DNA of 64,000 bases from an uncultured Sandaracinus sp. Its GTDB lineage: Bacteria > Myxococcota_A > Polyangia > Polyangiales > Sandaracinaceae. The translations under genes were made by a program, and so were the position numbers. Below, piece after piece: positions 49,977 to 58,224 of this stretch (positions within the stretch are counted from its first letter, which is position 1; every line of letters begins with the position of its first letter). The notes beneath the pieces are model-generated. The model was not told the DNA's origin and did no database searches. It worked only from the letters and a program-made list of their open reading frames with translations. Location: assembly GCA_964481145.1 (NCBI GenBank), contig CAYZTA010000024.1, forward strand, positions 9,729 through 73,728. The letters are read 5' to 3'.

Positions 49977-50126
49977 TTGAAGCGCACCTATCAGCCGCAC
50001 CGCACCCGTCGAGTGCGGACCCATGGCTTCCGCGCACGCATGGCGAGCAAGAATGGCCGTAAGGTCTTGGCACGGCGACGGACCAAAGGTCGTCACCGGC
50101 TCGTTCCGAGCGTCTACAAAAAGTAG
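49977..50126 (+). CDS. rpmH: 50S ribosomal protein L34
   Basis: '(M)[41 protein letters not shown]'. It has a TTG start, with GGAGGA 6 nt upstream. Confidence 0.93.
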   Translation: MKRTYQPHRTRRVRTHGFRARMASKNGRKVLARRRTKGRHRLVPSVYKK

Positions 50127-50147
50127 GCCTGCGTCGGGGCCCTGAAT

Positions 50148-50543
50148 ATGACGGGCCGTCCCGAGACGTTTCGGCCGAGTGATCGCGTCAAGCGTCGTGT
50201 CGATTTTCGGCGCATCCAAGGGACGGGGCGGAAGATTCATACCCTCCACTTCGTTCTCGCGGTGTTGCCACGGGAAGAGGGCGGTCCTACCCGGCTCGGA
50301 ATCACCGTGACGCGAAAGGTCGCGACCGCTGTGGGCCGAAATCGGGTCAAACGAGTCATGCGTGAGGTTTTCCGGCGTCATCGAGAGCTTTTTCCGGAAG
50401 CGTGCGACGTGGTCGCAATCGCGAAGGGAGGCGCTTCTCGGCTTGGATTCCATGAAGTACGTCGGGAAATCGAGCAGGCACGGCGAGCGTTTTCGAATGT
50501 CCGTCGCCATGCGGTCCACGCGGCGCATGGAGGGCGCTCATGA
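50148..50543 (+). CDS. rnpA: ribonuclease P protein component
   Basis: 'LGITVTRKVATAVGRNRVKRVMREVFR' is the RNR motif. It sits in the canonical position after rpmH. Confidence 0.9.
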   Translation: MTGRPETFRPSDRVKRRVDFRRIQGTGRKIHTLHFVLAVLPREEGGPTRLGITVTRKVATAVGRNRVKRVMREVFRRHRELFPEACDVVAIAKGGASRLGFHEVRREIEQARRAFSNVRRHAVHAAHGGRS

Positions 50544-50797
50544 TCGCCAAGGCGATGCTCTTCCTCATCCGTGTCTATTGGCTGACGCTCTCACCCCTCA
50601 TTGGTCAGGTGTGTCGTTTCGAGCCGAGTTGCTCTCGTTATACGGCCGTGTGCATCGAGCGATTCGGCGCGACACGTGGTGGATGGCTCGGAGTCAAACG
50701 CATCTGCCGTTGTCACCCCTTCCATCCGGGCGGCTTCGATCCGCCGCCGGATCTCCCCTCTTCTCGAGCGACCAAGGCGGCGATCGATGCAGGATGA
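50540..50797 (+). CDS. yidD: membrane protein insertion efficiency factor YidD
   Basis: 'LIRVYWLTLSPLIGQVCRFEPSCSRYTAVCIERFG...RICRCHPFHPGGFDP'. Confidence 0.9.
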   Translation: MIAKAMLFLIRVYWLTLSPLIGQVCRFEPSCSRYTAVCIERFGATRGGWLGVKRICRCHPFHPGGFDPPPDLPSSRATKAAIDAG

Positions 50798-52565
50798 AAA
50801 TAGAAGATCGCTCCTGACCATGTTCCTGGCTGCGGGCGCATTTCTCGCAATCTACTTCGCGTACCAGAACTTTTTTGGAGCTGGGCGCGGAGGAACCGAG
50901 AGCAGCCAATGGACGGACGAGGCGACGAGCGCCGAAGAGCGCGAACAGCGCGCCGTCGAAGCCCGTCGCGATGCGCCCGAACGCCGTGCGCGACAGCAGA
51001 ATGCCACGATCACGACTCCCGACATGGTGGTCACGATCGACAATCTCGGCGGGGGAGTTTCGCACGTCGAGCTCGTCGATCCGCGCTATCGCCAAGCCGA
51101 GCGCGCGATGGATCTCGTGACGACCGAGCGCGAGGAGTACCGACCGCTGCGCATCGATTTGCCGGGGATTTCCATCCCAGGCGATGCTGTATGGGACATC
51201 GAGCAGGTCTCGCCCACCGAGGTCGAGCTTCGGTGGCAAGGGCGGGGTGTCGAAGTGGTGCGCCGGCTCGAAGCGGGCCAAGGCCCTTTCCAGATTTGGC
51301 AGACGATTCGCGTCCAAAATGTCGGCGATCGCGACAAAGATCTGCGGCTGCGTGTCTCGACTTGGCACTACGTCCATCGAGCCGATGAAGGTGGCTCGAG
51401 CTTCTTCGGAAGCCGTTCACCTGCCATCAGCCAAGGCGTTTGCCGTCATGGTGACGAGACTGAACGCAAAGATCGCAAAGCGTTGGCCGAGCGTCATGGC
51501 TACGGCGGTGTCATCGATTTCGTCGCGATCGAGAACGTGTATTTCGTCCAGGCGATCATGCCTCAGGGCCAAGCCCATGCTGAGTTTTGTGGGCTCGAAG
51601 CGAGCGATCGCGGCAACGTGAACGGAGAGCCCGAAGGGACGCTCTTCGAGGCATCGCTCCTTTTTCCGATGATTTCGCTCGAACCAGGCGAGCAGAAGGT
51701 CTACCAGACGCTCGCTTATCTTGGACCGAAGATTCCAGAGGCACTCGCAGCGGCGGGTCACGATCTCCCCGAGGTGCTCAACCTCGGCATGTTCGCAGTG
51801 ATTGCGCGCGCGTTTGCGTCGCTCCTGACGTGGCTTCATGGCTTTGTCGGCAACTGGGGCGTCGCGATCATCATCTTGACGCTCATCGTGCGTCTTGCGC
51901 TCTTCCCGCTCACCGACCGGAGTTTCCGTTCGATGGCGCGGATGCGGAAGCTCAAGCCGGAGATGGATGAGATCAACGCGCGCTTCCCCGATGATCCGCA
52001 AGCCAAGCAAGCGGCGATCATGGATATGTATCGCAAGCACGGGATCAATCCGCTTGCGCAGCTCGGGGGCTGCTTGCCCGTGCTCTTCCAGATGCCGGTC
52101 TTCTTTGCGCTTTATGCGTCTCTTTCGACGAATATCGCACTGTATCATCAGCCGTTTGCGCTCTGGTGGCAGGATCTTTCCGCGCCGGATCCTTATTTCG
52201 TGTTGCCGCTCGCGCTGGGTGGATTGATGTGGGTGCAGCAGAAGCTCACGCCGACTTCGATGGATCCTGCTCAAGCGCGCATGATGCAGTTCATGCCGGT
52301 GATCGTGACCTTGTTCATGCTCTTTTTGCCGGCGGGGCTTTGCTTGTACATGCTGACCAACTCGGTGCTCGGGATTGCTCAGCAAAAGACGAATGAAATG
52401 CGCCTTTCTCGGGAGGAAGAGAGAGCGAAGAACGCCTCTGCTTCCATCGTGGAAACCGCATCCGAAACGTCGCCGGACGAGGGACCGACTGGCGATCAAA
52501 CATCGAAGGACACGGGTCGCGCAGGATCTTCGAAGCGCGGCTCCGGGAGGTCACGTCGTGGTTGA
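50787..52565 (+). CDS. yidC: membrane protein insertase YidC
   Basis: The start is 'MQDENRRSLLTMFLAAGAFLAIYF'. The conserved C-terminal core is 'NWGVAIIILTLIVRLALFPLT', 'KLKPEMDEI', 'GINPLAQLGGCLPVLFQMPVFFALY'. Confidence 0.93.
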   Translation: MQDENRRSLLTMFLAAGAFLAIYFAYQNFFGAGRGGTESSQWTDEATSAEEREQRAVEARRDAPERRARQQNATITTPDMVVTIDNLGGGVSHVELVDPRYRQAERAMDLVTTEREEYRPLRIDLPGISIPGDAVWDIEQVSPTEVELRWQGRGVEVVRRLEAGQGPFQIWQTIRVQNVGDRDKDLRLRVSTWHYVHRADEGGSSFFGSRSPAISQGVCRHGDETERKDRKALAERHGYGGVIDFVAIENVYFVQAIMPQGQAHAEFCGLEASDRGNVNGEPEGTLFEASLLFPMISLEPGEQKVYQTLAYLGPKIPEALAAAGHDLPEVLNLGMFAVIARAFASLLTWLHGFVGNWGVAIIILTLIVRLALFPLTDRSFRSMARMRKLKPEMDEINARFPDDPQAKQAAIMDMYRKHGINPLAQLGGCLPVLFQMPVFFALYASLSTNIALYHQPFALWWQDLSAPDPYFVLPLALGGLMWVQQKLTPTSMDPAQARMMQFMPVIVTLFMLFLPAGLCLYMLTNSVLGIAQQKTNEMRLSREEERAKNASASIVETASETSPDEGPTGDQTSKDTGRAGSSKRGSGRSRRG

Positions 52566-53172
52566 CGATCGAAAGCAAGAGCTGGAGGGCGCGCTTTTCC
52601 TCGGTGATGTCGAAGACGAGGATGAGCGAGGGGAACATCGAGACTCGCGCGGTACGCCGGGCGATGGCAAAGCCGAGGAGGCGATGGAGTTTCTCTCCGG
52701 CGTGCTCTATCGGATGGGCCTCGAGACCCGAGTGACGGTGCGCGAGGATGGCGAGCAAGTGGTGCTCGACATCCAGGGCGCAGACGCGGGTCGCGCCATC
52801 GGGAAAAAGGGCTCGGCGCTCGATGCGCTGCAGTTTCTCGTCAACAAGGTGGTGAACCGTTTTCCGGAGAACCGTCGTTATATCGTCGTCGATAGCGGCG
52901 ATTACCGTGAACGGCATGATGCAGGGCTCGTGAACATGGCGCGCCGAGAAGCCAAGCGAGCCATCGAGATAGGTCGCGTGGTGACGCTCGAGCCGATGCC
53001 GGCGCGCGATCGACGGCTCGTCCATCTTTCGCTCGCCAAGTTTCCTGGTGTGTCGACGAAGTCGAATGGCGAGGGGATCGGCCGGCGGATTCAGATCATT
53101 CCTGCGCGTGGGCGTGGACCGCGTCGGGAGTATGACCGCGGCTCGCGGCGCGATGAGCCGCCGCGTGATTGA
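52558..53172 (+). CDS. jag: Jag/SpoIIIJ-associated KH + R3H RNA-binding protein
   Basis: The KH region is 'GRAIGKKGSALDALQFLVN' and the R3H region is 'EPMPARDRRLVHLSL'. I propose the GTG start at 52558, after GGGAGG. The ORF is open further upstream. Confidence 0.82.
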   Translation: MVDDRKQELEGALFLGDVEDEDERGEHRDSRGTPGDGKAEEAMEFLSGVLYRMGLETRVTVREDGEQVVLDIQGADAGRAIGKKGSALDALQFLVNKVVNRFPENRRYIVVDSGDYRERHDAGLVNMARREAKRAIEIGRVVTLEPMPARDRRLVHLSLAKFPGVSTKSNGEGIGRRIQIIPARGRGPRREYDRGSRRDEPPRD

Positions 53173-54022
53173 CCATGGTGTACGTTGTCTCTTAGGAATT
53201 ACGTTGTTTGCGATTCTTTGGGGGTGTACGTCCGAGGGGCCATCTGGGGATGACGCCTCGATCCCAGAGGTTCGTGATGCTTCAGATTCCGGGGATGCAT
53301 CCCCATCGGTCGAATCCATATGCACGGAGGCATCTCGACATCTTGCGGAATGTTTGGGCGACGCTCCTCCCAGTGAGGCTCCCAATCCATCTTGCGATGT
53401 CGAGCATGCATTGGAGATCTTGGGGCTGACGTGCGAACAACTCGAGAGCGCGCTGCCTCCGACAGAACCCGAAAGACGGGATTCGAGACTCGCGGATATC
53501 TCATGCTCGCTTCGGATTTATCGCTTCTGTGAGATGTCTGCCTGTGACGCCGAAGCCGATGAGCCAGAGCACATGTTGGCTCCATTGGAGCTGCCCGAAG
53601 ATGCAAGCGATTGCGCTCGGAGCGCCGTTCAATATGAAGGTTGCGGAGCGTGTGAGTACTACCGATGCCGGGAGGCCACTGCGCATTGTGGGCCCGAGGG
53701 CTACCTCATGAACTATGCGTATCGTTACTGTCAGCGCTTCCGGCTCGTTGCGGAATCTCAGATGAGCCCAGCGGGGCAGGCGTGGTTTCGGCGCGTGCGG
53801 CGATGTCTCATCACGACCCTCGATGCAGTCGAGCAAGGAAACGATTGTTCGAGCATCGAAGAGATAGGGTTCAGATCCCATCCCGAGTGTTATATCCAAA
53901 CAGGGTTTTGTGAGCTCCCGACTTCCGACTGGGTGAAGGTATTCAACACGGTCGATCCTGACGATTTGCGTTTTCGCGAACTCTTGACCGCGGGCAACGG
54001 TTGCTTCCGCGATTGGTTTTGA
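53153..54022 (+). CDS. hypothetical Cys-rich lipoprotein
   Basis: The lipobox is 'LLGITLFAILWGCTS', followed by an acidic linker. There are about 20 Cys in a 289-aa protein. I did not recognise a family. Confidence 0.6.
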   Translation: MSRRVIDHGVRCLLGITLFAILWGCTSEGPSGDDASIPEVRDASDSGDASPSVESICTEASRHLAECLGDAPPSEAPNPSCDVEHALEILGLTCEQLESALPPTEPERRDSRLADISCSLRIYRFCEMSACDAEADEPEHMLAPLELPEDASDCARSAVQYEGCGACEYYRCREATAHCGPEGYLMNYAYRYCQRFRLVAESQMSPAGQAWFRRVRRCLITTLDAVEQGNDCSSIEEIGFRSHPECYIQTGFCELPTSDWVKVFNTVDPDDLRFRELLTAGNGCFRDWF

Positions 54023-54093
54023 CGAACGTCCGCGGAAGCATTTCACAATCCAATGTAGTTTTCTGTTGGCGAGAGCGCTAATCTCCGAGAGCA

Positions 54094-54645
54094 ATGGTAC
54101 ACGCCTGGCACGATCTTCCGAATCCCGACCATGAGCTCGAACGTGGGTTCAATGTAGTAATCGAAATTCCCAAGAATTCGAAGGTGAAATACGAGCTCGA
54201 CAAACCTTCGGGCATGTTGCGTGTCGATCGCGTTCTCTATAGCGCAGTGCATTATCCTGCGAATTATGGGTTCCTCCCGCGCACTTATTGCGACGACGGA
54301 GATCCGCTCGATGTGCTCGTGCTCGGCAATGAGTCTGTCATGCCACTCTCGATTATGCGCGCGCGCGCCATCGGCGTGATGCGGATGCTCGATGAAGGAA
54401 AGGAGGACGACAAAGTCATCGCCGTTCACGTGCATGATCCGGCGTTCTCCGAGTATCAGGATTTGAGCGAGCTGCCTCGCCACACTTCGAGCGAAATTCG
54501 GCGTTTCTTCGAGGATTATAAGACCCTCGAATCAAAGCAGGTCATCGTGGATGAGATGCTTGGAGCCACGGAAGCCGTGCGCGTGATCCGTGATGCGATT
54601 CGCTTGTATCAAGCGCAGGAAAATCGGCTCCGAGGGTGGGGCTGA
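54094..54645 (+). CDS. ppa: inorganic pyrophosphatase (family I)
   Basis: '[17 protein letters not shown]', '[24 protein letters not shown]', 'DDKVIAV'. Confidence 0.95.
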   Translation: MVHAWHDLPNPDHELERGFNVVIEIPKNSKVKYELDKPSGMLRVDRVLYSAVHYPANYGFLPRTYCDDGDPLDVLVLGNESVMPLSIMRARAIGVMRMLDEGKEDDKVIAVHVHDPAFSEYQDLSELPRHTSSEIRRFFEDYKTLESKQVIVDEMLGATEAVRVIRDAIRLYQAQENRLRGWG

Positions 54646-54652
54646 GCCCGAT

Positions 54653-55402
54653 TCATTCTTGGATTTCGATCGCGTTTGGTATCAGACGCGTTCCGACGAC
54701 ACCTGCGGCGTGAACCGCTTCGTAGCGGACGCCGCCCCCTTCGGTGGGAAGAAAATCTTCGGGATCGAATCCGGCGGTTCCCTCCATGGGTCGAGGATCG
54801 ATCGATGCGAGCCGCATCGGATTGCGTGAGCCTTCAGCGATTCGAATTTCGACGTGGAATCCGGTGTCACTTCGCAGCTCTTGCGCGAAGTGACGCCATT
54901 TTTCCGTCACCTCGTGGGCCATCGCTTCATATTCATCTTTCTCGTGGGCCAGATCCCAGCGTGCACGAGCCGCCGCCTCTGCGGCGAGACGTCGCCGTTT
55001 TGTCATCAGCGCGAAGAGCACTCCAACAACGCCGAGGCATGCTGCGATGAGGAGAAACTCGCGTTGCGGCATCAGGTATTCCAGCCACACGCCGACGGCG
55101 ATGCCTCCGGCGGCTGAAATCATGATGCCGGCCGGTTCGTACTCGAGCAGGGGGGAGCGCGGAATCTCGAGTGCTTTCGCTTTGGCATCAGCGAGTCGTT
55201 TCATCTTTTCGTGGATCGATTCCGGCACTTCGATATCCACGAGTTTTGCCTCGATAAATGGGCTTTCAGGGACCTCCACGGAGCCTTCCGTACGAAGATC
55301 ACCGGGTTCGATCCGACGAAACGTCACGATCCTTCGCCGGATGAAAGGAGCATCCCCTTCGATGATTCGATAAGGTCTGTGCTTCGGTAGATGTTCGCTC
55401 AT
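54653..55402 (-). CDS. hypothetical membrane protein (2 TM)
   Basis: The start 'MSEHLPKH' overlaps the cyaY stop (ATGA). The central TM helices are 'IMISAAGGIAVGVWLEYL' and 'LLIAACLGVVGVLFAL'. Confidence 0.6.
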   Translation of the reverse strand: MSEHLPKHRPYRIIEGDAPFIRRRIVTFRRIEPGDLRTEGSVEVPESPFIEAKLVDIEVPESIHEKMKRLADAKAKALEIPRSPLLEYEPAGIMISAAGGIAVGVWLEYLMPQREFLLIAACLGVVGVLFALMTKRRRLAAEAAARARWDLAHEKDEYEAMAHEVTEKWRHFAQELRSDTGFHVEIRIAEGSRNPMRLASIDPRPMEGTAGFDPEDFLPTEGGGVRYEAVHAAGVVGTRLIPNAIEIQE

Positions 55403-55752
55403 GTGCTCTCGTGCAGCCGCGCAATCGAGATCTCCACGCCGTGTTGACGTGCGATGTTCTCGAGGGTTCCTTCGAGGGTCGCTCCGCTCCCTTTGTCGTC
55501 GTAAAAACTTTGCGTGGCCGGATCGAATCCGAAATGCCACGCGCGATCGCCTCCCGCGAGCCAAATTTGGCGCACCGGGCGTTGCGTATTGACCACACAA
55601 CGAGACCCATCTCTCCAGGTGATCGTCAACACATCACCGGCGCTTTCAATATCGGCATCATCGGTGTCGACATGATCGAACGCATCCATGACCCTTCGAA
55701 ATGCGCCATGCGCGAGATCGAGATAGCGAGACTCTTCTAGCATCGGAGACAT
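55399..55752 (-). CDS. cyaY: frataxin-like iron-sulfur cluster assembly protein CyaY
   Basis: 'DIESAGDVLTITWRDGSRCVVNTQRPVRQIWLAGGDRAWHF' is the CyaY/frataxin core. Confidence 0.88.
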   Translation of the reverse strand: MSPMLEESRYLDLAHGAFRRVMDAFDHVDTDDADIESAGDVLTITWRDGSRCVVNTQRPVRQIWLAGGDRAWHFGFDPATQSFYDDKGSGATLEGTLENIARQHGVEISIARLHEST

Positions 55753-55810
55753 TCTATACCCCTAAGGTCTGCTGCGGAGCAAAGGTAGCCTGTCAAACCT
55801 GATTTGCGGC

Positions 55811-56455
55811 ATGAACGGCTTGCCGCCCGGTCCCTTCGAGACCAAACCCACCTCGATGTTCTCTGAGCACGAGCGCTTCATGCGTGTGGCGATCGAACGA
55901 GCCGAGTGCGCCCGTGGGCATACGGGGGATAATCCGTGGGTTGGCTCCGTGATCGTCAGCGCCGATCACGAACTGGTCGCCACGGGCTATACCCGCGGCC
56001 CAGGTGAAGATCATGCTGAAATCGTGGCGCTCGAGGAAGCCGCAGCGCAAGGGGTGTGCATCGCTGAAGCGACCCTCTACTCGACCCTCGAGCCGTGTGC
56101 ATTCCACGGTCGTACTCCTGCATGTGCACATGCCATCGTGAGGGCAGGGGTGCGCCGAGTGGCGGTTGGTATCCTCGATCCGAACCCGCGCGTGGACGGT
56201 GAAGGGTTGCGGATCTTGCGTGAAGCTGGTGTCGAAGTGATCATGGATGTTTGTGCTCGAGAGGTCACGCGCCAGCTCGCACCTTGGATTTTCCGATATC
56301 ATCCGTCGGAACCATTGCGACGGTTTCGCGCGCTCGACGAGAAGACGGCGTCTCTCGAGGAGACGATGCGCCTCGTATGCGAGCACTACGGGATCGATCC
56401 GAGTGAGTGCGAAGAGCTCGCACGACGCGCGCTCGATCAACGAACGGTTCGATAG
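55811..56455 (+). CDS. RibD-type pyrimidine deaminase domain protein (no reductase domain)
   Basis: 'NPWVGSVIV', 'HAEIVALEEA' and 'TLEPCAFHGRTPACAHAIV' form the CMP/dCMP-type Zn deaminase signature of RibD. The protein ends after about 214 aa without the reductase half. Confidence 0.78.
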   Translation: MNGLPPGPFETKPTSMFSEHERFMRVAIERAECARGHTGDNPWVGSVIVSADHELVATGYTRGPGEDHAEIVALEEAAAQGVCIAEATLYSTLEPCAFHGRTPACAHAIVRAGVRRVAVGILDPNPRVDGEGLRILREAGVEVIMDVCAREVTRQLAPWIFRYHPSEPLRRFRALDEKTASLEETMRLVCEHYGIDPSECEELARRALDQRTVR

Positions 56456-56458
56456 TTC

Positions 56459-57625
56459 GTGCTCCACACACAGCGCACGATTTTGCATATCGACATGGAC
56501 GCGTTCTTTGCGTCGGGCGAGCAGCGCGATGATCCCTCCTTGAGAGGTCGACCGGTGGTCGTGGGGGGCCATTTCCCGCGTGGTGTCGTGGCGGCGGCAT
56601 CCTATGAAGCGCGTGTCTTCGGAGTCCATTCGGCGATGTCGATGTCGGCGGCGGTTCGTCTTTGTCCGAACGCGCATGTCATCGCACCGCGACATGCGTA
56701 TTACTCCTCGATCAGCCGACAGATCTTCTCGATTTTCCACCGCTTCACGTCGCTGGTCGAGGGTTTGTCGCTCGACGAAGCCTTCCTCGATGTGACGGCC
56801 AGTCGTTCGCTTTATGGCGATGGGAAGACCATCGCGGCGCTCATCAAGAGCGCGATTTTCTCGGAGCTCGAGCTACGTGCTTCCGCGGGGGTCGCGCCGT
56901 CGAAGTTCGTCGCGAAGATCGCGAGTGATCTCGAGAAGCCCGATGCGCTCGTGGTCGTGATGGAGGACGTGCGCGGTTTTCTTGCGCCTTTGCCGATCGA
57001 ACGAATGATGGGCATCGGCAAGAAGGGCGCGGTGCGCGCGCATTCATTTGGCTTTCGTACGCTCGGTGATCTCGCCAATGCGGACGTCGTTCGGCTCGAG
57101 CGCGCGTTTGGCAAATGGGGGCTCGAAATGGCGAGCATGGCGCGTGGGGATGATCCACGGGAAGTAGAGCCGGAGCGCACCGCGAAATCGATCGGCGCCG
57201 AGGAGACTTTCGATGAAGATCTGCGGGACGTCGACTCGATTGCGCGAAAGCTCTTGTCTCAATCGGCGCGCGTCGCGGAGCGACTCTATCTTTCGGGGCT
57301 CGCGGGTCGAGGTGTCACGGTGAAGCTCAAATATAGTGATTTCTCGATCAAGACGCGTTCGCTGCAGCTTTCTTCCGCCGTCTCGGACACGAGCTCGATT
57401 TATCGCGCGGCGCACGAGCTGCTCGATCGATTCGATTCGATTCGACCGGTGCGACTTTCGGGGGTCAGTGTGTCGTCCCTCGTGGCGATCGAAGATGTTC
57501 GCTCACTCTTTCCAGATCCTGTCGTCGAACGTGGGCGCAAGCTCGAGGCGGCCATGGCGCGCCTGCGTGACCGCGGCGCGAAGATGACGCGCGCAGCGCT
57601 GCTCGATGACAAAGATGAGAAGTGA
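56459..57625 (+). CDS. dinB: DNA polymerase IV (Y-family)
   Basis: 'ILHIDMDAFFAS', 'RGRPVVVGG', 'SLDEAFLDVT', 'ASAGVAPSKFVAKIASD'. GTG start. Confidence 0.93.
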   Translation: MLHTQRTILHIDMDAFFASGEQRDDPSLRGRPVVVGGHFPRGVVAAASYEARVFGVHSAMSMSAAVRLCPNAHVIAPRHAYYSSISRQIFSIFHRFTSLVEGLSLDEAFLDVTASRSLYGDGKTIAALIKSAIFSELELRASAGVAPSKFVAKIASDLEKPDALVVVMEDVRGFLAPLPIERMMGIGKKGAVRAHSFGFRTLGDLANADVVRLERAFGKWGLEMASMARGDDPREVEPERTAKSIGAEETFDEDLRDVDSIARKLLSQSARVAERLYLSGLAGRGVTVKLKYSDFSIKTRSLQLSSAVSDTSSIYRAAHELLDRFDSIRPVRLSGVSVSSLVAIEDVRSLFPDPVVERGRKLEAAMARLRDRGAKMTRAALLDDKDEK

Positions 57626-57660
57626 GAATCAGCTTTGAAGCGAGAGTCGGGTTGCGCTCG

Positions 57661-58224
57661 TCAGGCAAAAAAGCTGCGCTTATGGCGACTCGCGAGCCAG
57701 ACTAAAGTCGACACGCTCGTGAGCCATCCTGCACCAAGAGACATGAAGTATCGGGGATCATCCCGCCAGATGATGGCCGCTGGCCCGATCGGTCGATGTG
57801 CAAACGCACTCTCGATCGACGAGAGACGCCACACGTCGAAATGATGATAGAGATCCACCGCAACCAGGGTGGGTCCTCGCTCCGAGTTGACGAGCGGTAG
57901 CGGTAGGTCGGCGATGGGACGGAACGTGTCCCCCATCGATAGCCCGAGAATGATTCCGATGGGGACGAGAAGCTCGACACAAGACTCGTCGAATCGGCGA
58001 TATCGTGCGAGTGGCTGGGCAACTCCGCTCGGAGGTGAACAAGGAGCACGTCGATGTTGATAATCTATCGGCAGCGGCAGCGGCAACCGCAACCGACGCG
58101 GCAGCCGCAACCGCAGCCGACGCAGCAGCGCGAGCCACACGACTCGCGCCGCCACCGTCCACAAGACGGCGCGAATCCGGTCGAGCCGAATCAACAGAAG
58201 CCGAACATGGAGACGTTCACCAAC
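57661..58224 (-). CDS. hypothetical protein (weak call)
   Basis: This is the only long ORF in the gap between dinB and the BON gene. It includes the low-complexity stretch 'LRRLRLRLPRRLRLPLPLP', encoded by a hexanucleotide repeat. Composition is mediocre and the start is undefined. Confidence 0.3.
   Translation of the reverse strand, partial: VGERLHVRLLLIRLDRIRAVLWTVAARVVWLALLRRLRLRLPRRLRLPLPLPIDYQHRRAPCSPPSGVAQPLARYRRFDESCVELLVPIGIILGLSMGDTFRPIADLPLPLVNSERGPTLVAVDLYHHFDVWRLSSIESAFAHRPIGPAAIIWRDDPRYFMSLGAGWLTSVSTLVWLASRHKRSFFA
58069..58128. repeat. ten tandem hexanucleotide units (CGGCAG/CCGCAA/CCGACG)
   Basis: Read directly from the sequence: cggcag cggcag cggcaa ccgcaa ccgacg cggcag ccgcaa ccgcag ccgacg cagcag. 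Confidence 0.85.
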
